A stretch of DNA of 64,000 nucleotides, from contig NC_086118.1 in NCBI RefSeq assembly GCF_963921235.1, forward strand, positions 14,572,001 through 14,636,000, read 5' to 3'. Origin of the DNA: Mobula hypostoma (lineage: Eukaryota). Shown here piece by piece: positions 1-12,197 of the stretch. The notes under the pieces were generated by a model. The model searched no databases and was not told the origin of the DNA. It saw only the letters and a list, made by a program, of their open reading frames with translations. The number at the start of each line of letters is the position of its first letter. Position 1 is the first letter of the stretch. Both the position numbers and the translations under genes were made by a program.

Positions 1-884
1 AGTGTATGTCCATAATACTCTGAAGATAAAGGTAAATATGGTAGTTAAGATGTTAACTTAAGGGATTCTTGCCTTTTATTAGATGAGTTGTAAAAATATG
101 AATCAGATGATTATATTGGAACTGCATCATTGCAAAGATTAGCAGGCCACAGTTAGAGCACTGTGGCGAGTCTGCGTACCAAATTGAGGGAAGGGTGAGA
201 GAAGATTAATTTCATAATAGATATAAAAAATATCACGTGATCGCATGGTATTCATTAGTTTCCTCGTGCTGTGAGACTAATGGCTACCCTGCCACCACCA
301 AGGACTCATCACTAGGATAGCAAACCGTTTGCTGTATCTTTACTGTTCTTTGTTTACCTATGCTGTGCAGCACATGCACTTGACATTATATTTTAATAAC
401 TTGTGGTAATATTTTGTTTAATGTGCTTTTTGTGATGTATGTTTTGTGTTGCTGAAGAGCATTGTTTCATCTGGTTGTATATGTGTACAGAAGGATGACA
501 ATAAACTTAAACTTGGGTTTATAATTGTGATGAGGGATTACTATCAGTGCCTCTCCAAGCAGCCAGGACTATCAGAGGTCAGCTGCAGGGGAGGGCGTCT
601 TGTTACGATATGCACTTGACCATGCATGCTTCCAGAGTTTCCACACTCTTACACTCTGGAATATGGGTGCAGCCTCTTTAAAGACTCAGGCCCACCCCGA
701 TTATTGGCAGCCATATTTTGGCACCTGATCTGAGATTCAGTACTCAATCATCAGTTCTACTTTGGATTCTCGTTTAGTGTCTGGTTTAGAATCCTGTCCT
801 CATCTCAGTCTCGTATCGTGTCTCAATTCTAATCTTGGATTCTCCAGCACTTGCCTTGTTCTCTTGTCACACCTGATCAGCGTT

Positions 885-2605
885 TCTTACAGCCCTCTGA
901 ACAGTAACCAGGATGTGAGCTACAAATTACAATGGGAGATAGAAAAGGCATGTTAAAAGGCTAGTGTTGCGATGATCATGTGGGATTTCAATATGCAGGT
1001 AGATTGGTAAAATTCAATTGGCACTAGATCCCAAGAGAGGAAATTTGTAGAAAGCCTATGAAATTGCTTTTTCAATCTGTTTGTGGTTGAGCACACTTGG
1101 GGAAAGGCAATTCTGGATTGGGTGTTTTGTACTGACCCAGATTTGATTATGGAGCTTAAGGTTATGGAACCCTTAGGAATCAGTGATCATAATATGATAG
1201 ATCTCACTGTGCAGATTGAGGAGGAGAGTAACAGTATTACAGTGGAGTAAAGGGAGTTACAGAGGCATGAGAGAGAAGCTGTCCAAAGTTATTTGGAAGG
1301 GGTCACTATCAGGGATGATGGCAGAACAGTAATGGCTTGTGTTTCTAGGGGAAATACGGAAGGTGCAGGAAAGGTACATCCCAAAGATGAAGAAGTATTC
1401 TAATGGGAGAATGACACAACAGTGGCTGACAAGGGAAGTCAAAGACGGTGTACAAGCATAAGAGAGGGCATATAATGTCGCAAACATTAGTGGAAAGGTA
1501 GAGTATTGGGAAGCTTTTAAAAACCAAAAGAAGGCAACTAAAATAGCCATGAAGAGTGAAAAGATGAAATATGAAGGTAGGCCATCCAATAATATTAAAG
1601 AGAATAAAAAAGTTTTTCAGATCTATAAAGGGTTAAAGAAAAATGAGAGTGGATACCAGACTACTCGAAAATGATACAATGACACTGGAGAGGCAGTAAT
1701 GGGTGATTAAGAAATGGCAGACAAACATAGTAGTATTTGGATTAGACTTGACTGTGGCAGATAGTAACTAGCAGAAAGACAGAAATGCTAGCTTGTTAGG
1801 GGGCAGAGTGAGTATCACTGATATTACTAATGAGAAGGCGCTTGTAAGCTAAAAGATCTGAATTCACCAGGCCCAGATGGAGTACAGCCAGGTTTCTGAA
1901 AGAGGTAGCTGAAAATATTGTTGAGACATTAGTAATGATCTTTAATAAATCACTAGGTTCTGGAATGGTTCCTGAGTACAGAAAATTTGCAAATTCACTC
2001 CATTCTTTAAGCAGAGACGGAGGCAGAAGAAAGGAAATTATAGGCCAATTAGAATGATGTTGGAGTCTATAATTAAGGATAAGGTTTTGGGGTTCTTTAA
2101 GTCAAAATGGTTTTCTCAAGGGGAAGTCTTGCATGACGAATCTGTTGGAATTTTTTGAGGAAATAACAAGCAGGATAGACAGAGAGTCAGTGGAGTTGTT
2201 TATTTGGATTTTCAGAAGACCTTTGACAAGGTGCCACACATGAGGATGCTTCACAAAAGCCTGTGGAATATACTAGCATGGATAGATGATTGGCTGACTG
2301 GCAGGAGGCAAAGAGTAGGAATAAAGGGGATCTTTTCTGGTTGTCTGCTGATGACTAGTGATGTGCTGCAGGGATTTGTCTTGAAACACTTTGTTTCACA
2401 TTATACATCAATGATTTGGAGGAAGGAATTGATGGCTTTGTGGCTGCTAGCAGATGATACAGAAATAGGTGGAGGGACAAGTAGAGTTGAAGAAGCAGGG
2501 TATTTGCAGAAGGACTTGGACAGATTGGGGGAATTGGCAAAGAGGTGGCAGATAGAATATGTAAGGAAGTATATGGTCAGAACTTTAGCAGAAGGAATAA
2601 AGGGA
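885..2605 (+). mobile_element. Decayed CR1-clade LINE, ORF2 (APE endonuclease to RT), 3'-truncated
   Basis: Frameshifted CR1 ORF2 motifs: GDFN-like endonuclease segment near 980, SDHNMI near 1180, 'DFQKTFDKVPH', 'WIDDWLTGRRQRVGI', 'ADDTEIGG', '[16 protein letters not shown]' (ORF 2204-2704); many stops. Boundaries approximate. Confidence 0.9.
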
Positions 2606-3190
2606 GCTGGATTTAAGATGTCCCTTTCAGGAACCCAGCACCGTTCTTCAGGTTCAAATCCTTTCCAATCCACAAGGAACTGCCGAACACTGAACAGTTT
2701 GTGAATCCAGAATTCTTTTTACAGTGAACACCTGTCTCCCATCAACAAACCTGGGTGACAGCAGGGCTGATGGTGGTGGGGCAAAAGGACTGTTGCTTAC
2801 AGGTTTTGGTATGGAAATGTGGAAAGTGGGATTGATCTTGAGCGTCTTGGGGAGCTGCAAGGTGTAAGCTACCGAGTTTACTTTCTTGAGAACCTCGAAG
2901 GGTCCAATGAAGTTGGGCACCAATTTCCGAGACTCCACCCAGAGGAGCATATCCTAAGTAGACAGCCAGACCTGTTCCTCAGGCTGTAAAACTGGTCCCA
3001 GTCTTCTCTTCCATTTAGTCTTCATTTCAGCCTTCCAGGTAGAGGCCAACAAAATCTCCCTTGCACTTGTCCAGGGTTTCCCAATTTCTTTTAAGCCCAA
3101 TGACCCCCTAAACCACCTTCCTGCTTGTCAACACCCTTCTTGAGCACAATATACTTTCTGAAGCTCCTATAGTGTAAAAACATGCCTACC
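2605..3190 (-). mobile_element. Ty3/Gypsy chromovirus-type pol fragment (integrase C-terminus plus chromodomain)
   Basis: ORF 2654-2950(-) 'SRKLVPNFIGPFEVLKKVNSVAYTLQLPKTLKINPTFHIS...[10 protein letters not shown]' (GPF module), continued by frameshift into '[21 protein letters not shown]' (chromodomain) in ORF 2401-2673(-). Confidence 0.85.
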
Positions 3191-3219
3191 ACATACTAAC
3201 ATGAGGAAAATGATTCTGC

Positions 3220-3740
3220 TTTCAAATTTTTATTCGACTTTAAGCCTAGCTTACACAGTACCTGTATGCTGTACAGCAGCTTTGATATCAATGTGATCCT
3301 TGAGCTTGATGGTTTTTAGCAAGAGTTGAAATACCTGTTTCAAGTTGTGACAGCAAAAGCCTTAAGTCCCAATGTGTAACAATGTCCAAGCGGTTTCAGT
3401 TTTTTTTTTGAGTATGTGGTTCACTGCACTGAAGCCTCGTTCAACAAGGTAGGAGGATGGAAATGTAATATAGAGCAGTTTGGCTCCCTTCCAAAAAGGC
3501 CAGGAAACTTCATATGACAGTGTAGCTGCATACCACAAAAACCGACATTTTTGAAAAGCATTCGCTTCTTCATCATTCTGAATTTCGATAATTTCTTCTT
3601 GCAAGCTCTCTACCTGTTCTTCCACCTTGCAAAGAAATGGGTTAATTACCCAGTCTAGAATTTCCAGATTGTTCAAATCTTTGAATTGATTCTGAAAATT
3701 CTTCTTCAGTGACTGCATGTGTAAGCAGTACTCTTGTAAT
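3220..3740 (-). mobile_element. hAT (Charlie/Buster-like) transposase C-terminal dimerisation-domain remnant
   Basis: ORF 3362-3718(-) 'FKDL...DWVINPF...LQEEIIEIQNDEE...FPSSYLVERGFSAVNHIL', typical of the hATC region. Confidence 0.8.
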
Positions 3741-3857
3741 CACTGGCTTGTCTACATGCTAGACTAGAATCCAAAGTAGAGCTGACGATTGCACACCGAA
3801 CCTCAGTTCAGGTGCTCTTTAAATATTAAAACTCTAGTGTCAAAACATGGCTGCCAA

Positions 3858-4209
3858 CAAGGTTCCCTCTAACTTGTAATGACCAGTGTGTGCAAAAATC
3901 TTGTGCTGTGCAATTTTTTTTGCCCAGTTACAACATGTGCACACTGAATAACTTCTTCTTCAAAAAAACAAGCAGAGTAAATAAGCCAGTTCTAAAATCT
4001 GCCGACAAATCATCGCAAACTCCACATTGTCAACACCATCTGCATCAGAAACCAGAAAAGGAAATGTGATTGTGTATGATCATGAAATATACCTAACATG
4101 CCAATGAGGTCGAGGGTGACAGCCTTTTGTGCGCAGTTTAAATCCCTTTGTGCGCCAGTAGCAAAAGACATGTGTGCATGTACATGAGCGCACCTTAGAG
4201 GGAACATTG
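3858..4209. mobile_element. Non-autonomous hAT-type MITE (~350 bp)
   Basis: TIRs CAAGGTTCCCTCTAA / TTAGAGGGAACATTG; 8-bp flanks GCTGCCAA / GCCATCAA consistent with a decayed TSD. Confidence 0.75.
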
Positions 4210-4259
4210 GCCATCAATTAGCGGGGCAGGCCTGAATCTTCAAAGGGGTCACATAATGC

Positions 4260-5400
4260 TATCCATATTCTGTAGAGTCAGAGTGTCTAAACCCTGGAAG
4301 CTGGTGCGGTCGGGTGTGTATCGTAACATCAGGGTCTTTTCACCCTTCCAGTTCCTTAACTCTACCCACTGGTATTCTACATCTTCTGATCCTATGTCAC
4401 TTCTTTTTAAGAATTTGATCTAAATTTTTACCACCAGAGCCACTTCACCCCCTCTGCCTATCCACCTGTGCTTTTGATGCAATGAGTATCTTTGGATGTT
4501 AAGTTCCCTACTATGATCATTTTGCAGACACAATTCTGAGATGCCCACAACATCATACCTGCCAATCTCTAATTGCACTACAAGGTCATCCTCCTTATCT
4601 GCATACTGCATCCATTCATATATAAGACCTTCAGTCCTGTATTCATCACTCTTTTGGACTTTAGCCCCCTGTTGCACTTCTTAACTCATTCCACTGACTG
4701 CAATTTTGCCCTATCATCTGCCTGTCCTTACTCACAGTCTCACTACACATTGTATCTAGTTATATGCCAACTGCCCCATCCTCAGCCATATCACTCCAGT
4801 TTTCATCTCCCTGCCAAACTAGATTAAACCCTCCTCCACAGTTCTGGGGAACCTGCTCGCAAGGACACTGGCCCCTCTCGGGTTTAGGTGTAACCTTTCC
4901 TTTTTGTACAGGTCATACAGTACCTTCTCCAGAGGAGATCCCAATGATCCAGAAATCTGAAACCCTGCCCCTTGCACCAATTTCTCAGTCACACGTTCAT
5001 CTGCCATTTCATCCTATTCTTACCCTCACTGGCATGTGGCACAGGCAGTAATCCAGAGATTGCTACCTTGGAGGTCCTGCTTTTCAGTTTCTGCAAAACT
5101 CACAGTTCCCTCTTCAGTACCTCTCTTTTCCTACGTATGTCGTTGTACCACAATGTACCATGACTTGCAGCTGTTCACCCTCCCCATCCAATCCAAGACA
5201 TCCCTGGCTTTAGCAGCTGGGAGGCAACATGCCATCCGATAATCTCTTTCACGTCCATGGAATCTGCTTTCTGTTCCTCTAACTGTGAAATCGTTTATCA
5301 CTTTAGCACTCCTCTTCTCCTCCATCCCCCCCAACCCTTCCCTCTGAGGCACAGAGCCAGGCTCAGTGCCAGAGACCTGGTCACTGTGACATGTTGCACT
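4260..5400 (-). mobile_element. CR1 LINE 5' fragment (ORF1 esterase/SGNH-like region and start of ORF2 endonuclease)
   Basis: 'LYKKERLHLNPRGASVLASRF' (ORF 4819-5007), 'MACCLPAAKARDV' (ORF 5131-5445) and 'YDVVGISELCLQ...GRGGEVALVVK' (ORF 4420-4677). Confidence 0.8.
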
Positions 5401-6699
5401 TTGTAATTTTGTATGCTTGAAGTATGTTGTCAAGCAGCTGCACATGGTATGGTGCTCTGTAGTTATCTGAATTGCCTGCCATTAATGACTTGTTTGATTT
5501 GTGGACAGAAATGCCTTCCTTAATCTTGGCATCAGTTTTTCTGACTTGAATTATAAATTGAAATAACACATACAGGCAATTTCAAAAAAAAAGTTGTGCG
5601 CGTTAGGGAAATTTCATGGTGATTTTCATGATCAGCAGCCTAAAATCCATAAGGTACACCAATAGTATTCAGGAAGCAAGATCTTTGTTGTCCAGTGTAG
5701 TTAAGCAAATTGGCTCTTATCCAAAATATTATAAAAGTATGCATGTATGATAGTATCCAGCACCAGCTGGAATTCTGGAATTCGTTTCATTTAATTTTAT
5801 TTTCCTGATGTAAGCTTGTTAACAAATAAGAAGTTGGAGGAACTCAGCAGGTTAGACAGTATCTATGGTCAGAAATTGACACTGGATGTTTTAGAGTGCG
5901 AACCTTCATCTGGACAGAAAAGTAAAGGGGAGATGTCTTTTCTGCCAGCTGGATCTTACAGATACTGTCTGACCCATTGAATTCCATCACACTCCAGCAT
6001 TTGCAGTCTCTTGTGGCTCCCTAAGCTTGTTACTATTGAGTAGACCTTTGGCTTCAGTAGCATGGTCCGACTCCATTTAAATTTCACTGAAGCTTCCTTT
6101 GCATTCCCAAGAAGCCTTTCACTCACTACAAGTAGTAAAGGAAATGCCAGGAGTGATTTTACAAACTCTCTTGGGTCATCTCTTCTGCACACTGTTTCAT
6201 TGTGTTATCTTTGATTGCTGTCAGGATGGTCCTCAATTTGGAGACTTCCTAGCTATGTTTGATTAGATATACTATGAAGTTCTTCTCCTTACTGCACAGC
6301 TAAGAATGGAGAAATGTTTTACACCATATTGCATCATTCTATTGAGCACAAAGCCCAAGGTGTATAAAGTAGAATTAACCTTGGACGAAGAGGACTGAAG
6401 TGGATGGTGTGCAAGGTGGCATCATTTCTGAAACAACCAGTAAGTACCAATTAACTTCGTGATAGTATTCTGCTGCATAGATTTTCTTGGCTAGTATCTC
6501 TGTATTCGATAGCACCTGACGCTCTCTGGGCTTTGAACACCCAACTTATGGACACCCCTTACATACAGTCAGGAATTTGAGACATCGGCAGGATAGATAG
6601 CAGTGCAGTTGTAGCCAGCAAATGCGGCCCTATCAATGCATCTGGTCCTCATCTTGCAATCTCTTAGCTTTACATTGACCTAGTGTCTACTCCCAATGT

Positions 6700-7650
6700 A
6701 TGGGTGTAGCCTTGTGAGTCAGGTGGTTGTGGGTTCCAATCTCTTCTCAGATCTATGAGGATATAATCAGGGGTGGTCAACCTATGGTGTGTGTCCCAAG
6801 ATGGCAAGCACAAAAATTATGTTGCGATACAGCATACATTGCTGCCCCATGATTCTTTAAACCCCACCCATAATAAAAATGTACATGATAATCAGCTTTA
6901 CTGCCAAATGAAATGGCAAGTGGCTTTTTACAACCAGAGAGCAGAGAAATATTTCACACCGGCTTGGTGCCAGCTAATCAGTTGCAAGAACATGTGATGT
7001 AGGATGATACGTTTTGAAATCCTCATGGATTTGATGTACACAATACTATTTAGAAATGTTACTTTTCAGTTATTTTTTAATGATTAATAATAATTTTGAA
7101 CTGGTTTTCTAAAACGCTCACTTATCTCAATCTGTCTGAGTTGTATTTTTACTAATAGGTAAACGATGAATACATGTAAATAAGCAACAGGACTTATCTT
7201 TTTCCTTCGCAAAGTCCATAGTCATTGTTACTAATTCATTAATCAATGATAATCTCTGTTCAAAAGTACAGTGGCAAGTGCAAGGTTTTTTTTAGAAGAT
7301 TATCATTAATTTGGGTACATGCTCCCAAAAAGGTTGCCACACCTGATAGGTTGTCACTTTGGGAGGGTTGCACTGCCAAAGATGTTGGTTCTTCTGTGGG
7401 GCATTAACTGAAGTTAATATTTCTACCCTCAAAAGAACATAAATGTGAGCATTCAAAGGAGAATTTCATGGCTTCCCTGTGAATATTTCTCCCTTAGCCA
7501 TTATCAATAAAACAGGTTGATGCTATCTGTGGGATTTTTGTTGAGTGTAAATTAGCTGCTGAGTTTCCAGCATTTCAACTTTAAAAGTACTTAATTGGTT
7601 GTAAAGTGCTTTGGGCTGTCTCGAGTCATGAAAAGTATGTTATAATTCAA
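6700..7650 (+). mobile_element. Old SINE (DeuSINE-like, degraded) interrupted by a hAT-like MITE at about 6768-7345
   Basis: tRNA B-box-like GTGGGTTCCAATC near 6730; L2-type tail 'aaaagtacttaattggttgtaaagtgctttggg...tataattcaaattc'. The insert has TIRs CAGGGGTGGTCAACCT / AGGTTGCCACACCTG but no clear TSD. Family assignment from memory. Confidence 0.45.
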
Positions 7651-10134
7651 ATTCTTCCCCTGTACCATTATATAGGAGCAGGGAAGAGCCTTGACCTGTC
7701 CCAATCCATTGCTGAGAACATTAACAGTAATTCCCACTTATACAGCACATGCCCTAAAATGTTGCATGCAATTATTATTACACACCAAAAAAACTGACAT
7801 CATGCTATGAAAGGAGGTGTAAGAGCAGATAATGGAAAGCTTAGTCAGAGCAGATTTCAAGGATCACTTTAAAGGAGGGAAGAGAAGGGGGTGTAAGGGT
7901 TTCCAGGGAATTCCAGAGGTTATGACCTTGTCAGCTGCAGGCATGGCCACCAATGGTGGAGCTCTGACATAGAGTGGAGAAAAAGACCATAATTAGAGCA
8001 GAGTGGAAATGTCAGAAGGCTGCGGTCAGGAAGGAATTATAATTATTTTGTGCATGTTTTGTCTGTCTTACCAGGCAACTGATGAAGACCTATTGAAAAA
8101 GAAAATAATCTTTGGCAGATAGAATTTTAATGGAATTTACATTTTCTGGCTGTGCTGCCTTTGGGTTTTTCATCATATTTTTATGGCTAGACATTGGAAA
8201 AATTGCAGTGGAGTCTAATTTGCTGAGTTAGCTCCAAATAGAGCATTATGATCTTTTCTGATCATTTTGGCTTATTATATTCTGGATCAATGATGGGATA
8301 TGATTTGTGCACTCTGTATGTATTAATTTCCTGTAACTGTTAGTCTGTTTCTATTAGTTTTACCTTTGAAGATTTCAGGCTGCTTTTCATCATCTTTTGC
8401 CTTTAAATTCAGTGAGAATTTTGAAATGTACTCCAAAAGATGTCACTTTTTATTCTGCTGTTTTGAATTTTAACAAATATAGAACTTGGTCTTAAATCTA
8501 AGTTACTGCAAGAGGAAATGAGATCCCTGGTGAATTATCTGAAACTCTAGAGTATATGGTATTGATCTATGCTTGGTGTATAGCACTTTGATGGTTTATT
8601 GAGGAGAATGATCTCAGCTGTTGATTGATTTGGGAATTGTGTGCCGAACCATGGTGGGTGCGTTTATTCACCATACTGAGGGCTTCTGCCTTCAAGCCGA
8701 TATTAGTAGAAACCAAGTGTTACTCCACAGAAATATGAATCTATTATATAACCCATTGTTACATTAAATCATGTATATTTTACAAGTACCCTGTCACTTA
8801 TTGACCGGAAATTGGTCCCCTATCTGCTAGCAGCAGTTCCTTGTTGTACCAAAGTGTAAGAAAAGAATGAGGAATGGCATCAAATCCCAACTTGGTTAGC
8901 ATCTCACAGCTGGGCACAAGAGCACAAAGTCTGCCAAGGGTCTCGGGTAAAGAGTAAGTGGCCTGGATATTGCTTGAACATCCTTTTAAGAATAACAATA
9001 ATTGGAAGTATAAACAGTTTCATATAAAAGCATTCAGGGCAAGCCAGTGCCCTGATTGATGTGGTGCCAGCTAGAGCACCAGGATGTTTCCCTAAACCTT
9101 GTTTTGTTCTGTGCAGTAATCAAGTACCACAGTGAATACTTGCAGATGAGGGGGTAGCTTAACAAGCCAGTGAATACTTTAATAATTCAATCATTATTTA
9201 ATGATGAACAGATGCTATTCTTTTGGTCTAGTATATGTGACTCACACCGAGATTTTCGTATTTATTAAAAGACAATTACTTACAGATGGAACATTTCCTG
9301 GCATTTGAATATTAAAACACCACCAGCATGCTAGCTTTGTTTAACATTTTTCTAATTCAAAGTTTTCATACTTTCACAGATGCAGTTTTTCTTGATCAGG
9401 TGATGACATTTTTAAAAGAGTTTTGTCTGAATTGCCAGTTATCTTTGATGTAGTTCTCTGTTCATCCGTGCATCTCCAAGCAAATAAGGTATCCATAGCA
9501 AGCCAAATGCCTGATGCTAGAAATTACATGTAATGTCCGTGATCTTACTGCACCTTTCCACAATAACGCTTTCCATCTTATTTTCGACATGTTGACTTCT
9601 TCAGAAAATGTAATTCCTGTAGAATCTTTCCAGTTACCAAAAATACAAGAAGCAACTGAGTCAACAGGAGCATTGTTAGGAAAATCTTTAACTTAAGTTG
9701 ACTTTGAGAAATCAATAAAATGATGGTTCCTTTACAATGTGTCACAAATTTTATTAAGTGGTCTTTTCAGGTAGAAAACTAAATCCTAGCAAATGAGACC
9801 TGACAAGCGCTTAAGGATTTCTTCTTCATATAACTGAGTCAATGTGATCTATCAGTATAAATGTAACAACCTTAAGTGTGTCCATAGCAGTAACACAGAA
9901 AGTAAATCAAATTTTCAATAAACTCTTGAGCCTGGTTGGGATTGCATTCTCTGAATCTGAATGTTTTAGATTGTCAGGGTTAGGTTGGATACCCAAGCTC
10001 AAATTTTCATGCTGCTTTCATTACTGATATTTTAACATATATTAAAAAAAACTTGACTTTAATATGAAGAAAGAAATGAAAGGGATTTTTATGTTTGTAT
10101 CCAGTTACATAATGTTTCTTAGGGATGTGAAATA

Positions 10135-11200
10135 CAAAGTTCAAAGTAAATTTTATTATCAAAGTACATATGTCACCATATACAACACTGAGATTCATTG
10201 TCTTGTGGGCATACTCTGCAAATCTATAGAATAGAACAATAACAGGATCAATGAAAGATCAACCAGAGTGCAGAAGCCAGCAAACTCTGCAAAAGCAAAT
10301 ATAAATAAATAGCATCAATAACAAGAACATGAGATAATGAAATAAAGAGCCCTTAAAGTGAGATCACTGATTGTTGGAACATCTGAATGATGGGACAAGT
10401 GAGTGTAATTATCCGCTTTTATCCAAAAACCTGATGGTTGAGGGGTAGTAACTGTTCTTGAACCTGATGGATGGGAGTAGTAACTGTTCCTGAACCTGAT
10501 GGTTGAGGGGTAGTAACTGGTCTTGAACCTGATGGTTGAGGGGTAGTAACTGGTCCTGAACCTGATGGTTGAGGGGTAGTAACTGTTCCTGAACCTGATG
10601 GTTGAGGGGTAGTAACTGTTCCTGAGCCTGATGGTTGAGGGGTAGTAACTGGTCTTGAACTTGATGGTTGAGGGGCAGTAACTGTTCCTGAACCTGATGA
10701 TTGAGGGGTAATAACTGTTCCTGAACCTGATGGTTGAGGGGTAGTAGCTGTTCCTGAACCTGATGGTTGAGGGGTAGTAACTGTTCCTGAACCTGATGGT
10801 TGAGGGGTAGTAACTGTTCCTGAACCTGATGGTTGAGGGGCAGTAACTGTTTCTGAACCTGATGGTTGAGGGGTAGTAACTGGTCCTAAACCTGATGGTT
10901 GAGGGGTAGTAACTGTTCCTGAACCTGATGGTTGAGGGGTAGTAACTGGTCTTGAACCTGATGGTTGAGGGGTAGTAACTGTTCCTGAACCTGATGGTTG
11001 AGGGGTAGTAACTGGTCCTGAACCTGATGGTTGAGGGGTAGTAACTGGTCTTGAACCTGATGGTGCTAGTCCTCATGCTCTTGTACCTTCCACCTAATGG
11101 CAGCAGTGAAAAGAGAGCGACTGGGGTGCTGGGGATCTCTGATGATGGCTGCTGCTTTTCTATGACAGTGTTTCATGCAGATGTGCTCAATGATTGGGAG
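10135..11200 (-). mobile_element. Rex1/Babar-type LINE 3' end carrying an internal minisatellite
   Basis: 'HCHRKAAAIIRDPQHPS' (ORF 11066-11248) and the family 3' tail (reverse of 'aatctcag...gtatatggtgacatatgtactttgataataaa'), also seen near 15200, 15710 and 26035. Confidence 0.8.
10430..11064. repeat. 33-bp minisatellite, about 19 copies
   Basis: Unit CCTGATGGTTGAGGGGTAGTAACTG(T/G)TC(C/T)TGAA repeated head-to-tail with no spacers; the minus strand translates as (STIRFRNSYYP)n. Confidence 0.97.
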
Positions 11201-11579
11201 TAGCAGTGGTAGCAACTCTTCTTTTTTCCTTCTTCCTTTCCAGTTCATAAAGATCAGGGAACATTGTATCTGTTCCTATCTTCTCAGACATGATTATGAC
11301 TATTAGTGTTAGTTCATCATTGGACTGGAAGTGAATCTGTCATACAATAATAGAGATAAAAATTTTGAATTCTGTTTTGTGCAGTCAAAGTAAATATGAG
11401 GAATATTTTTATGTTGACAATGCTAGATGTTATTGAAGCTTGAACATAAAGTCATGTCATTGTTTTCCTTGGTGCAATCATAGTAAAACGAGTTAATGTG
11501 GTCATAATGCTATAACTAAGTGCATTAGCGAATCACTTTGTAGCTAAAAATGTTTTCACACCTTCTATCTTTTCTCCAG

Positions 11580-11666
11580 AACAGATTGGAAGACTTACAA
11601 GTTGGGGAAGACAAAGAAAGCTGTCTGACTAAGGCCAACAGCAAACTGAAAGCACAGAGAGGGGAG
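11580..11666 (+). CDS. MYH16: Exon of a sarcomeric myosin heavy chain rod, MYH16-like (87 nt, phase 0/0)
   Basis: Polypyrimidine tract and acceptor 'ctatcttttctccag', donor 'gag|gtgagt'; translates [29 protein letters not shown], aligning to the myosin rod segment 'LDDLQAEEDKVN.LTK..SKL..Q'. Joins in frame to the 40358 exon. Symbol is a best match from memory, not a proven ortholog. Confidence 0.75.
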
Positions 11667-11961
11667 GTGAGTGGACTAGGCACAATTATTTTTGCGTTCC
11701 TCTGGCAACCAGCTAGGTATTGGTCAGAGCTCTAAAGCATTAATGATAACATGAAAGAGTTCCAAATCTTCAATCCTATGTCTCTTCCATTATTATATTA
11801 TAAAATATGAGCTAGAAACTGCAGCCACTAATGCAGAGTGTCACAACTTATTTGATACTTGTGACCTCCCTTAGACTTTTGGACGAGAAGATATCAGTGT
11901 TAACTTGGGAGATTGAGCTCAGTTTCTAGTATATATTTTGCTGACGAGAGAAGATGATGGA

Positions 11962-12197
11962 AACAACGCAAACAACAGGAATTCTGCAGATTCTGGAAAT
12001 TCAAGCAACACACATCAAAGTTGCTGGTGAACGCAGCAGACCAGGCAGCATCTCCAGGAAGAAGTACAGTCAATGTTTCAGGCCGAGACCCTTCATCAGG
12101 CCTGACGAAGGGTCTCGGCCTGAAACTTCGACTGTACCTCTTCCTAGAGATGCTGCCTGGCCTGCTGCGTTCACCAGCAACTTTGATGTGTGTTGTC
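11962..12197. mobile_element. Penelope-derived palindromic insertion with hammerhead-like cores and a 15-bp TSD
   Basis: Inverted repeat 12006-12195 centred at 12100/12101; TSD AGAGAAGATGATGGA at 11947-11961 and 12198-12212; CTGA(C/T)GA-AGGGTCTCGGCCT-GAAAC on both strands. Confidence 0.85.

Noticed and set aside
601..885. Possible solo LTR starting TGTTACG
   Set aside because: No matching CA terminus or TSD was found; it runs into the CR1 fragment.
8483..8529. Possible upstream myosin exon (LGLKSKLLQEEMRSL followed by gtgaat)
   Set aside because: Weak acceptor, unexpected length, and only vague similarity to the expected 'KL.KEK.AL.E.HQ' exon.
10430..11064. CRISPR-like array of 33-bp repeats
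   Set aside because: Units are contiguous with no unique spacers, there are no cas genes, the context is eukaryotic, and the unit derives from a LINE ORF.
10315..11076. 253-aa repeat protein gene
   Set aside because: The open frame is a by-product of a 33-bp unit within a dead LINE 3' end; no promoter or splice support.
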